From Synechococcus sp. (GTDB lineage: Bacteria; Cyanobacteriota; Cyanobacteriia; Thermostichales; PCC-7336), in contig JBFRWD010000049.1 in the NCBI GenBank assembly GCA_051439425.1, positions 1 through 30,672 of the forward strand: a stretch of 30,672 nt of DNA, in the 5' to 3' direction. Under the pieces are notes generated by a model. That model saw only the letters and a list, made by a program, of their open reading frames with translations, ran no database searches and had not been told where the DNA came from. This document shows, one piece after another, positions 18,356 through 27,442 of the stretch (position 1 is the first letter of the stretch; each line of letters starts with the position of its first letter). The translations under genes and the position numbers were made by a program.

Positions 18356-19927
18356 TTATTCTTGAATTCCCCCCTGAACGGACAACACCGCTAAGTCACT
18401 CCCTTCAATCGCTAGTGGCGTATTCGTTGCGTTGTGAACATCGAATTGACCGTTCTGAGCAATCGCATTTTCCTGAATGATGGGGGCCGAAGAACCGATC
18501 GCGACAATCCCATCTTCACGATTCCGGGTGATGGTGTTTTCACGTAGGATGGGTCGGGCCGCTCCAGTCACCAACACGCCGCTGCGATTGTTCGAAATCG
18601 TATTCCCGACAACTACCGGACTAGCGGATCCGCTAATCGACACGCCATATCCACTGTCGCTTACCGTATTACCTTCGAATACACCGCTGCTATGGCGGGT
18701 AAATGAAATCCCATTGCCCCCATTGTTGGAAAAAACATTGGCCCGTACCTCTGGAGCCGAGGTGCCCGAGGCGAATACCCCCTCGCGGTGGTTGGCAACA
18801 AACGTGTTGTTCGCAATCGATGGAACTCCAGATTCAACCCAAATGGCCGTTCCACGTATGTCTTCATTGGTAAAGGTGATACCGGAAATCCGGGTCCGAT
18901 CGCCCGCAACGACCGTTACAGTTTGCCCTCCCCAAGTGGCACTTAGGTAGCGGCCCCCACCAATTACTCGAATATTCATGCCACGTCGCAGTTCATCGCC
19001 TACCAGTGCAATGCCTTCACCCACAATCAATGGAAACTCTTCTCCCGTGGCTTCTGAGTAGCTACCATCGGCCAAGCGGATAATATCTCCCGTTTTTGCT
19101 TCAGTTAATGCCCTCGAAATGGTTTGGAAGGGGGCGTCTAGACTGCCTGTATTGGCATCCGAACCGGCAATGGGATTGACGTGCAAAATTGCGGCGGTTG
19201 TCTCCACTTCCCCACGTTCTTCAGCGCGATTCGTCGAGCGGTTGGGGGGTGTGGCTACAGATTGAGGAGACTGCGGGGTTTGAGACTCAATAGTATTGCC
19301 GGACTCAACAGTATTTCTGGAATCAGTGTTGGGTTCGCGATCGGATTCAGATGATTCAGATGCGTCTGGGTTGCCTGCATTACTGCTGCTGCCGTCGGTG
19401 TTTCTGAGCACTTGCATGACACGTCCCAGTCCATAAGACACTTCGACGGTCTCTCCCGAGCGAAATGCCGTTGAAGTCTGGCGATAAGTGCGGCGATCGG
19501 TCGACAGATCGCCGTCCTCGCACTGGAGGAAGTAATCAACCTTGCGCACTAATGTCAGTTCGCTGCTATCTTCCAATCGTTCGGCAGCATTGTCGACAGT
19601 CTCGGGGGAGGGGCGAGGGGGAAGTGCTGGCCACCAAATGCCATCACCATCGGGTCCCGATACTGCACTATCGGGTTCTTCGCGATTGCGGTTGATCAGC
19701 TCGCTGCCTTCAAAGAATTCCGAGCGTTCCTGGATGCGGCTGCTAGTGGAACGACGGGGAGAATAGTCCACTCGCCATCGATAGCTGGCACGGGCGATCG
19801 CCGCACTGCATTGGGTGGTGCCGACCGGATCGGTATCCGCCGCACAACTTGCCAACAGTGCGACTAACACGCCGGAAGCTATTCCCATCCAACTGCGGGT
19901 ATTCTGACTGTGAAGCTTGCTTACCAT
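18356..19927 (-). CDS. Lipoprotein with N-terminal unknown domain fused to DUF1565 / right-handed beta-helix
   Basis: Lipobox LLAS|C after a signal peptide starting at ATG 19927; S/N/T/P-rich linker; LHVNP..GSD...G....PFQTISRAL....GEEFPL DUF1565 pattern, then NxIxxNxxGI beta-helix repeats. Confidence 0.85.
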   Translation of the reverse strand: MVSKLHSQNTRSWMGIASGVLVALLASCAADTDPVGTTQCSAAIARASYRWRVDYSPRRSTSSRIQERSEFFEGSELINRNREEPDSAVSGPDGDGIWWPALPPRPSPETVDNAAERLEDSSELTLVRKVDYFLQCEDGDLSTDRRTYRQTSTAFRSGETVEVSYGLGRVMQVLRNTDGSSSNAGNPDASESSESDREPNTDSRNTVESGNTIESQTPQSPQSVATPPNRSTNRAEERGEVETTAAILHVNPIAGSDANTGSLDAPFQTISRALTEAKTGDIIRLADGSYSEATGEEFPLIVGEGIALVGDELRRGMNIRVIGGGRYLSATWGGQTVTVVAGDRTRISGITFTNEDIRGTAIWVESGVPSIANNTFVANHREGVFASGTSAPEVRANVFSNNGGNGISFTRHSSGVFEGNTVSDSGYGVSISGSASPVVVGNTISNNRSGVLVTGAARPILRENTITRNREDGIVAIGSSAPIIQENAIAQNGQFDVHNATNTPLAIEGSDLAVLSVQGGIQE

Positions 19928-20285
19928 GACACCCTGCCCATAAAGCCACCACATCACAGCTCTAGTGTCCAGCAGATATGGATCGGAGGGAGTCTGTCTG
20001 GCAGTACATTCCTTTACCGTCTGCCGCAACTTTAGTGACTGTAACGGCGATCCTTGGCGATCCTTTACACTCCGAAAACGCCTGGCATCCTCGCCAGAAT
20101 CCGCAGCCACCCCTAAAAAGCCTTATCTTTCCATGCTGTTTGTCGTCATATAGGCGGGAGTCATATCAAAATTCTGGCAAAACTTGCGAGTTGTTGCGAG
20201 TTATCACACCCAGTGTCATGGTCGTCCCCAAAAACAAACTTGCTCTTATAGTGAGATTGTTAAAACAATCTAAAGGCGAGGAGGA

Positions 20286-20498
20286 ATGATGACCCCTTCC
20301 ACGATTCGCCAATTCTGGCAAACGGTCGATAGTCTCGACTGGTCCCGGATTCGCCGCCAAGACAATGACGAAATCCTGCCCCTGTTGTTGGCTGCTTGCC
20401 AACGTCAGCCAGCGTTCGATCAAACCGATCTGAATGCTTTAGTGTCTTACATCAGCAATCGCTTGCCACTGATTCGCGATATGGCCACCGGTCACTAG
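20286..20498 (+). CDS. Small conserved cyanobacterial hypothetical protein
   Basis: MTP..IRQFW..V...YI..RLPLIRD.A pattern recalled from a small cyanobacterial family; GAGGAGG immediately upstream (start 20286 or 20289). Confidence 0.8.
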   Translation: MMTPSTIRQFWQTVDSLDWSRIRRQDNDEILPLLLAACQRQPAFDQTDLNALVSYISNRLPLIRDMATGH

Positions 20499-20710
20499 TA
20501 TTCTGATCGATCTACAATCTGTGCGGTTTGTTGTATTGTCCGGCTTTGTGTCTGGCTGCCTCGGATCGGAATGAAACCACAGTTGTTTTTCAGGGAGGCT
20601 ATTTGGGGAAGCTATTCTCCAATGGCTTCTGTCTAAACAGTCAATTGAATTGACTATGCCGTCGATAGCAGTTCCATAGCAGTGGCCATACCACTGCGGA
20701 TATTTCAGCT

Positions 20711-20811
20711 AATCAATCCGCTGTAGGTTTTAGAGCCTAGCCTCTGCTAAAACCCTTGGCTTGCAATTAAATAGGGCGAGGACACTCCATAGTGAATTAC
20801 CGATCGCTATA
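20711..20811 (+). repeat. ~105-bp dispersed repeat, copy D (most diverged)
   Basis: CAATCCGCTGTAGG...CTCCATAGTGAATTACCGATCGCTATA versus copy A CAATCTGCTGTAAGG...CTCCATAGCGGATTGCCGATCGCTATA, with similar spacing. Confidence 0.7.
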
Positions 20812-20931
20812 TGCTCAATCCTGACTGCGATTGGAACCTGTGTCCTAGCTGAAATGGCAACCTCTATATCTGACACTGTGCGTACCGCTGGAGCTGCAAA
20901 TGCTTGGAGTTTGTAACTAATGTGGCGCGTA

Positions 20932-22497
20932 TTAAGTCGATCGGCGTGGTTGGCCGATGGTTGTTATGTACAACACGGCTTCTTCTGGGGGAATACCTAA
21001 GACTTCGTTCACTAAGTTGTCAAAGAAGCCTGCAATTCCGCTGACTCCTAGCTTGAGCCTCACGGCGGCAAGATTAATTCTTTGGCCCAAATGGCCAGCA
21101 TCGAGGTGTAAGTAGCGATACCCGCGATCTCCGTGTCGTTGCACTGCTTGCTCGAGATCGGCAGTGTGGACAATAGCTACGGCAGCATCTCGGCCTAAAT
21201 CTTGGCCCAAACAGAGATAGTGAACATCTTGGCGGAATGACTTGAAACGAATTTGGCGCAGTTGTTGGGCGTGGGCTGCATAGTAGTAACAACCATCATC
21301 CAGGCCCTCTACTCCATTGGCAACGACAAAGGTTTCAATTAAAGATGCATCAAAGTAATCGGGTTGGGGATCGAGCCCCTGGTCACGGTAGTGCTCTGGT
21401 TGGTAGGCAAAATCAAGCAATTGTCGCAGGCGATCGATATCGATGTTGCCCCCTGTAAATTGGCGGGTGGAGCGACGGTGCAGGATGGTATTGGCCAATG
21501 GCTGCAGCATCTCTCCCCAAGCGATGGGAAAGGCTTGGGCCTCAATGCGATCGCAGAACGGAAAGTTGTACTTATCCTCAATAGAGGTGGGAGTGTTGGA
21601 TTCAGGGGGCTCACCAGATATAGACGGACATTCTTGCCAGGTGCGCTGTATTGCCGATTCGTCTACGGCAATGCGGGTGTGTCGATGCAGGAAGTCAAGC
21701 CATTCTCCCCGACTGGGTTGAGTGGATGGTCGGTCAATAGATGCATCGCTACTTACGCGATCTCGATTGAGTCGGTATCGCCGGATCGATGGGTTCACCA
21801 ATAAATCCTGTAGGGGCAAGAGGGCAAGAGTACCCTCTTGTCGTTCGTCAAGCGAGAGTAGTCGCTCGATGGGTTCGTCTTGAAATTCCCCAATCGAGGA
21901 TGCCCGAAACCCGGTCATATTAGCGGATAGTTCAATGTTGCCTAACAGGTGACCGGTATCCAGGCACAATCGGCGATACGCACGATCTTCGTAACGCCAG
22001 GCCGATCGTTGAAAGACTGCTGTGAGGACAATGACAGCGTCCGATGCGGCCAATAGCGGATGGGAAAAACAGGCGTCGGACAGTATGCTCCAGTCGCAGT
22101 CATCCCAGTACTTCAGGAGGGCATGGTCGAGGACTTGATAGTTGTAGATTCCCTCAGGGAGTCCTGGCCTTCCTTTCGATACGAGATAGATTTCGGCAGG
22201 GTACAGACCTCCAGCAGATGGAGCACTGCGCAAAAAAATCGGGCGCTCTCTCGGGATAATCGCCGTAACACCGTAACTGAGATGCAGCAAACGCGATAAA
22301 CGTTGCAAGAAGCGCTCCCCACTCTCTGGATTGACAGCAGGTGAGGATAAGTGGGGTTTCAGCTCTAACGAATGGCCGATCGGATAGGTTTTGAAAGGAG
22401 AGGGTTGTTGAGACCAATCCAACGGGCGGCTGAGAGACGCGATGGTCTCTGGATCGTACTTGGTGAATTCGTGGTAGGACGGGCTGACGGCAATCAC
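20932..22497 (-). CDS. SagB/ThcOx-family dehydrogenase (tandem nitroreductase domains)
   Basis: YHEFTKY, LRSAPSAGGLYPAEIY, WRYEDRAYRR..LDTGH, RRSTRQF, RGYRYLHLDAGHLGQR, GIAGFFD. Confidence 0.92.
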   Translation of the reverse strand: MIAVSPSYHEFTKYDPETIASLSRPLDWSQQPSPFKTYPIGHSLELKPHLSSPAVNPESGERFLQRLSRLLHLSYGVTAIIPRERPIFLRSAPSAGGLYPAEIYLVSKGRPGLPEGIYNYQVLDHALLKYWDDCDWSILSDACFSHPLLAASDAVIVLTAVFQRSAWRYEDRAYRRLCLDTGHLLGNIELSANMTGFRASSIGEFQDEPIERLLSLDERQEGTLALLPLQDLLVNPSIRRYRLNRDRVSSDASIDRPSTQPSRGEWLDFLHRHTRIAVDESAIQRTWQECPSISGEPPESNTPTSIEDKYNFPFCDRIEAQAFPIAWGEMLQPLANTILHRRSTRQFTGGNIDIDRLRQLLDFAYQPEHYRDQGLDPQPDYFDASLIETFVVANGVEGLDDGCYYYAAHAQQLRQIRFKSFRQDVHYLCLGQDLGRDAAVAIVHTADLEQAVQRHGDRGYRYLHLDAGHLGQRINLAAVRLKLGVSGIAGFFDNLVNEVLGIPPEEAVLYITTIGQPRRST

Positions 22498-22605
22498 TGT
22501 GAAGTAATTGGTAGGTGATGGAACATCAAAATAGTGACTTCATTGTTAGAACTGACCCCGTTGCTGTCAACCAATCTAGTGTTTCTTTGCAAGTATTCGC
22601 GTGGC

Positions 22606-22987
22606 AGTTCTGTTGCAGGAAAGTGTTGAGTGACAAGAACCTTTCGCAGCTCTTGGATTGTTATACAGCAATCCCAAAGGGCTGATGGATGAAGTTTATC
22701 TGAGCAATGACGTCACACCGAGCGACACCATCCAGCTGCCCCTTTCTAATCATGTTGATAGTTGCATATCCCCTGAGAGTTCGTTGAGCACTCCAGGAGT
22801 TCTTGAAATGCTGGCTGGCTTATCCTCGATACCTCAAGTACCACCTTACCTGCCATGATGATGATCGAAGGGGGGAAGTGACGACTTTTGAACGGAGTAT
22901 CGTCTGGCACATGGTCGCTAATCAAGGGAACTACAGGGTCTTACACTACCATCTTTCTTCAGGTACTCCGAAGTTTGCAACAGTACC
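22606..22987 (-). mobile_element. Internally deleted IS6-family element (382 bp)
   Basis: Ends GGTACTGTTGCAAA (minus strand from 22987) and AGTTCTGTTGCAGG (22606) resemble IS26/IS257 termini; encloses both transposase termini. No matching 8-bp flanks (CGCGTGGC vs AGATAAAT). Confidence 0.88.
22661..22910 (-). pseudogene. IS6-family transposase remnant (N- and C-termini fused, DDE core missing)
   Basis: GTG 22910: PDDTPFKSRHFPPSIIIMA, frameshift, VRWYLRYRG-stop, then QHFKNSWSAQRTLRGYATINMIRKGQLDGVARCDVIAQINFIHQPFGIAV-stop at 22661. Confidence 0.88.
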
Positions 22988-25954
22988 AGATAAATAGGGA
23001 CTCAGCTTATCCGCCAAAACTTCAACATATGGTTCAGCTAATATTTGAAGATGTGAACCTGGCACTTCATGTATTGTTAGATTTTCTTCACTAACTATAT
23101 TGCCCCAACCAAGGTCATCCTTGTCATCAAACCTAACTGAAGGAAATGCAAAGAAGGGATCGACGGCTCTAAAAAGCACGACCTTACCTGCGTAGAACTG
23201 TGGAGTGTATGATTCCTTATTAGTTATTCGTATTCCTAGATAATTATTGAATGGACTTTCTGAGTGAAATAATTCCTTGTTAGTTACTGACTTGATTTTC
23301 TCTCTAATGAGATCACTTACTTTCGTTGCGAGCAAAAAGGGGTTTCTATAGCTCAAATTATACAGCTTGTACGCCATGCGAAAATATTTCTCCTGTCTTG
23401 ATATCTTTATTGTTCCCTCTTTGGTATAAGTATCAAACAACGCAAGAAGATTTACCTTTTCACCTTTATCTTGTAGTTGCTGGGTAATTTCAAAAGCTAC
23501 AATTCCACCCATAGAAGCGCCAGCCAGAAGATATGGACCTTTGGGCTGAATAGACTGAATTTCTTGAACATAGTGTGTCGCTATTTCACTTATGCTTAGC
23601 TCAAGAACTTTGTCTTTCCTTTTATCCCAATTAGCTAATCCATATCTTACGCCGTAAATTGGTATATTTACTTTTAGGTGACGTGCTAGATTGCGATATA
23701 AGTTTTTATTATTGCCATTGGAAAGAACATGAATTGCGAACAGGGGGTTATATAACGAATTCCCAGGCCAAATTCTTACCAAGGAATGCGGATGAACTGA
23801 ATGTTTGTATTGAGATTTATATTGAGAGTTGCCAGGATGGATTAGGAAGCTGCCTTTCTTGACTTCTGGGCTGTCATTCAGGATGGCTTCGATAAGAGTA
23901 GTTAGTTCAATTATAGTTGGGGATTCATAAAGAATTCCGAGGGGCAAGTCTATGCCTAAAGCTTCCTGTAATCGGTGGATGACCTGCATTGCTAGGAGCG
24001 AATGACCACCTAAGTCAAAGAAGTTATCGTGAATCCCCACCCGCTCAATCTTTAGCAGTGTTTGCCAAAGGTCAGCAACTCTTTGTTGCAACTCATTTTC
24101 TGGCGCAACGTAAATTATTGGCGTATAAGGAGCGCTTACGTTAGGACCTGGCTCGAATGTCTCAGTTGCGGTCGTTGCCCCAGGCAGCACCCAATAAGGG
24201 TGATAATCGAACTGGTAAAACGGGACATCAATGAACTGGCCTGGAAAAAATTGATACAGCTGCTCCCAATCAATCTGGATGCCCTCCAGCCATTGCTGAG
24301 CCAAGTAGCGGAGGAGGTCTGCTTGCTCTGAAATGGGGGTTTCTGGAGCAGGATAAATGAGTGCTGGAGGTTCCTTGCTCTGGCGACGACTGCTCTTATG
24401 CCCAAAGTGAGTGGTGGATTGAGACAGCAAATCATCGAGCTGCTGGCGTAAATCTTCGAGAGAGTGAGCCACGATCGCCAGCCGATAGGCAAAGTGAGAT
24501 CGTCGGGTGCTGGCTGTAAAGCATATATCTCGTAGCGCGCAAGCGGGACGTTCGCTAAGCTTGTCTCGATAGGCCTGTGAGAGCAAGCGCAAGGATGAGT
24601 CACTCTTGGCAGACAAGGTCAACAGAGCCGGTTCAATCATGGGGGCCGGGTTAGGCATCTGGTCAGGGACCGGGTCAGACTCGACACCGGTCAAAACGAC
24701 GTGGACATTCGTTCCGCCTAGACCGAAGCAACTCACGCCGGCTGTCGCCGGGGCATCCTGTACGGGCCAATTGCTTAACTCTGTCTGGATTTTCAGGGGT
24801 AATTCGTCAAAGGCCACGTAGGGATTGGGCTCCTGGAAATGCAGATGCGGCGGAATTTGTTGATGCTTCAATGCCAGGGCAACTTTAATCAACCCCGCCA
24901 TCCCAGAGACCACTTCGGTATTTCCCAAGTTCGTTTTCACAGATCCTAAGCGACAGGGATTACCCTGTGAGCGATCACGCGCCATGAATTCTCCCAAGGT
25001 TTTGAGTTCTAGGGAATCTCCAAGGGGCGTTGCTGAACCATGGGCTTCAACGTATTGCACTTGCCCAGGGGAAATACCTGCCCGGTGATAAGCAGTTTCT
25101 AAGAGGGCTTTTTGTGCCTTGGGATTGGGCGCAGTCAGCCCATTTCCCCGACCATTGTGATTAAGGGCTGTTCCCTGAATCACCGCATAAATGCGATCGC
25201 CATCCGCCTCAGCCTGGGATAATGGTTTTAAGATAACAGCTCCAACCCCTTCCCCCCGCGCAAAACCATCCGCCTGGGCATCGAAACTGCGACAGCATCC
25301 GGTTTGTGAAATAAGACCAGCTTTGGCTAAATTGGCTGTGCCTTGACTAGACAGTACCAAATTAACCCCACCGGCAAGTGCTAAGGTGGATTCCCCTAGA
25401 ATTAAACTCTGACAAGCTTGATGAACTGCGACTAACGAGGAAGAGCAAGCCGTGTTAATTGCGACACTCGGTCCCCGAAAATTAAACTGAAATGAAATGC
25501 GATTAGCCGAGATCGAGGTATTTTGAGTTGTCGAATCGTAAGGATTTTCTGGAGATGCTTCGAGGAGTTTAGTATAGCGATTCGCCGCGACGCCCACAAA
25601 GACGCCGGTTTGACTTCCTGCTAAATTCGTAGGAACCTGTCCTGCATCTTCTAAAGATTCCCAGGCCACTTCCAACAGGAGTCGTTGTTGGGGATCGATT
25701 ATCGCTGCCTCTTCAGGGGGGATGCCAAAAAATTTAGGGTCAAACCGCTCGATTCCCTTCAGAAATCCGCCCCAAGTCGCCCGTGACTCTGCTTCAGGAA
25801 TCGGGTCCAGCGTGTAGTCAATGCCTTGACGATCAGTTGGCGCAGCTCCCACTGCATTAACTCCATTGCGCAGCAATTGCCAAAATTCGTCAGGCGTCGC
25901 TGCCCCTGGAAAACGGCAGCCAATACCAATAATTGCAATTTCGATTTGACTCAT
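22946..25954 (-). CDS. AT-less type I PKS-like protein: KS - carrier domain (PCP-like) - thioesterase
   Basis: IAIIGIGCRFPGA, DPQQRLLLE, NTACSSS, EAHGSAT, GSVKTNLGNTE, GVSCFGLGGTN; no AT (no GQG or GHSxG); FFDLGGHSLLA carrier; GPYLLAGASMGG and VPGSH thioesterase. Confidence 0.93.
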   Translation of the reverse strand: MSQIEIAIIGIGCRFPGAATPDEFWQLLRNGVNAVGAAPTDRQGIDYTLDPIPEAESRATWGGFLKGIERFDPKFFGIPPEEAAIIDPQQRLLLEVAWESLEDAGQVPTNLAGSQTGVFVGVAANRYTKLLEASPENPYDSTTQNTSISANRISFQFNFRGPSVAINTACSSSLVAVHQACQSLILGESTLALAGGVNLVLSSQGTANLAKAGLISQTGCCRSFDAQADGFARGEGVGAVILKPLSQAEADGDRIYAVIQGTALNHNGRGNGLTAPNPKAQKALLETAYHRAGISPGQVQYVEAHGSATPLGDSLELKTLGEFMARDRSQGNPCRLGSVKTNLGNTEVVSGMAGLIKVALALKHQQIPPHLHFQEPNPYVAFDELPLKIQTELSNWPVQDAPATAGVSCFGLGGTNVHVVLTGVESDPVPDQMPNPAPMIEPALLTLSAKSDSSLRLLSQAYRDKLSERPACALRDICFTASTRRSHFAYRLAIVAHSLEDLRQQLDDLLSQSTTHFGHKSSRRQSKEPPALIYPAPETPISEQADLLRYLAQQWLEGIQIDWEQLYQFFPGQFIDVPFYQFDYHPYWVLPGATTATETFEPGPNVSAPYTPIIYVAPENELQQRVADLWQTLLKIERVGIHDNFFDLGGHSLLAMQVIHRLQEALGIDLPLGILYESPTIIELTTLIEAILNDSPEVKKGSFLIHPGNSQYKSQYKHSVHPHSLVRIWPGNSLYNPLFAIHVLSNGNNKNLYRNLARHLKVNIPIYGVRYGLANWDKRKDKVLELSISEIATHYVQEIQSIQPKGPYLLAGASMGGIVAFEITQQLQDKGEKVNLLALFDTYTKEGTIKISRQEKYFRMAYKLYNLSYRNPFLLATKVSDLIREKIKSVTNKELFHSESPFNNYLGIRITNKESYTPQFYAGKVVLFRAVDPFFAFPSVRFDDKDDLGWGNIVSEENLTIHEVPGSHLQILAEPYVEVLADKLSPYLSGTVANFGVPEERW

Positions 25955-26109
25955 AATGATACGTTTTGGCTAATAAATTTACATAAAATCAGGGGGAACC
26001 GTATCTAAAAATAGTTAGCTTCAAGTGAATTGCAAAAAAATCCCGTTTTTAATTTAATTTCCAATAACAAATAGTTTCACTTGCTCAAATACAAATTTGA
26101 TATGTGTCT

Positions 26110-27330
26110 TTAAACACTAGGATTAAATGTTATGGGTAAAGACGTTAGCCCTCTAAGGGTAATACTTTCGCGCCACTCAGGCTGTTCTGTCCTTAACATC
26201 ATCCCATTTAGTCGCTGAACAAGCGTCTGAATGCCAACTTGTCCTTGTATTCTGGCCAGTGCTGCTCCCAGGCAGTAATGCATGCCACCCCCAAAGGGAA
26301 GATTGGTATGCTGACGTTCCCAATTCAATTCATCAGGATTTGGAAACTGAGCCGGGTCGCGATTTGCCGCACCCAGACAGACAATTACTTTATCCCCCGC
26401 TCTAATGGTCTTACCTCCAATGTCCACGTCTTCAGTAGCTAGCCGGGCTAAGAACTGTACTGGGCTGTCATATCGCAGAAGCTCCTCCACGATCATCCTA
26501 GTTTTATCGGGATTCTGCTTAACAAAAGTAATTTTTTCAGGCTGTTGGAGCAATGCTAAGATACCATTTCCGATCAGGCTTTTTGTCGTTTCTTGACCCA
26601 CAATAAACAGCATGATGCAAAAGCCGAGGAGCTCATCTTTACTCAGTTGTTTGCCCTGGTCGCGGGCCACGATGAGACGTCCGATCAGGCCATCTCCGGG
26701 CTGCTGTTCTTGTTGGGCAATTAGATCCCGCAAATAGTTTCTCGCCTCAATTGCCATAGCGTTTTGTCGTTGATATCCTTCCAATGACATTGGTTGGTCA
26801 AAGACAAAAAAAAGTTCATGGGACCATCTCACTAGTTTGTGAAAATCTTCGCACGGTACTCCCAAGAGTCTCGTAACCGTCATTGCAGGCAGCGGTCCGG
26901 CAAAGTCGGCCATCACATCCATTTCCCCTTGATCCGCTACCCGATCAATTAAGTCATGGACTAAGGTTTGAATCATTGGTTTTATTGCATCAATGCTACC
27001 AGGTGCAAATGCTTTGCTGACTAACCCTCTAAGACGAGTATGATCGGGAGCTTCTAAGAAAAAAAGCCATTTCTCGATAGTGTGAGCCAGTGGGTTAAGG
27101 TCGCCCTTCTTCAGAAATCGATTCTTCTGTTGCAGGCGTTCTGGTAGATCATCCACTCTAAAGCGTTTATCCTTTAGCACTAGAGCCGCATCTGCATATC
27201 TAGTAATGACCCAAGCTTGCAGAAAGCTCCAGTGAATCGGATCCTTATCCCGTAAGCGTTGATAAGTAGGATATGGGTTTGAGTGAAACTCTGATGAGAA
27301 CGGATTAAATTTAACGGTTTCTGTTGTCAT
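26110..27330 (-). CDS. Cytochrome P450 (CYP107/BioI-like)
   Basis: PYPTYQRLR, PDHTRLRGLVSKAF, I-helix VGQETT, EELLRYDSPVQ, AANRDP, heme motif FGGGMHYCLG. Confidence 0.96.
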   Translation of the reverse strand: MTTETVKFNPFSSEFHSNPYPTYQRLRDKDPIHWSFLQAWVITRYADAALVLKDKRFRVDDLPERLQQKNRFLKKGDLNPLAHTIEKWLFFLEAPDHTRLRGLVSKAFAPGSIDAIKPMIQTLVHDLIDRVADQGEMDVMADFAGPLPAMTVTRLLGVPCEDFHKLVRWSHELFFVFDQPMSLEGYQRQNAMAIEARNYLRDLIAQQEQQPGDGLIGRLIVARDQGKQLSKDELLGFCIMLFIVGQETTKSLIGNGILALLQQPEKITFVKQNPDKTRMIVEELLRYDSPVQFLARLATEDVDIGGKTIRAGDKVIVCLGAANRDPAQFPNPDELNWERQHTNLPFGGGMHYCLGAALARIQGQVGIQTLVQRLNGMMLRTEQPEWRESITLRGLTSLPITFNPSV

Positions 27331-27442
27331 ACTGATGAATAAATTGAATAACTATTGCGATAGAGAGAGTGATCTGGGAAGCAAGACTTCTTCTATCCCT
27401 TGCATCTATTCAATAGTCTTACTTGTCTATCCGTTAACGTAT

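Noticed and set aside
20820..20833. Possible fifth repeat fragment (reverse complement CAATCGCAGTCAGG)
   Set aside because: Only 14 nt with a gap; not enough to call a copy.
20932..22497. SagB-type gene as part of a RiPP cluster or of the PKS cluster
   Set aside because: No YcaO cyclodehydratase or Cys/Ser-rich precursor nearby; it lies outside the IS6-bounded segment and resembles the stand-alone cyanobacterial form.
22658..23094. Short plus-strand ORFs (66, 64 and 68 aa)
   Set aside because: They are antisense shadows of the IS6 transposase remnant and the PKS 3' end.
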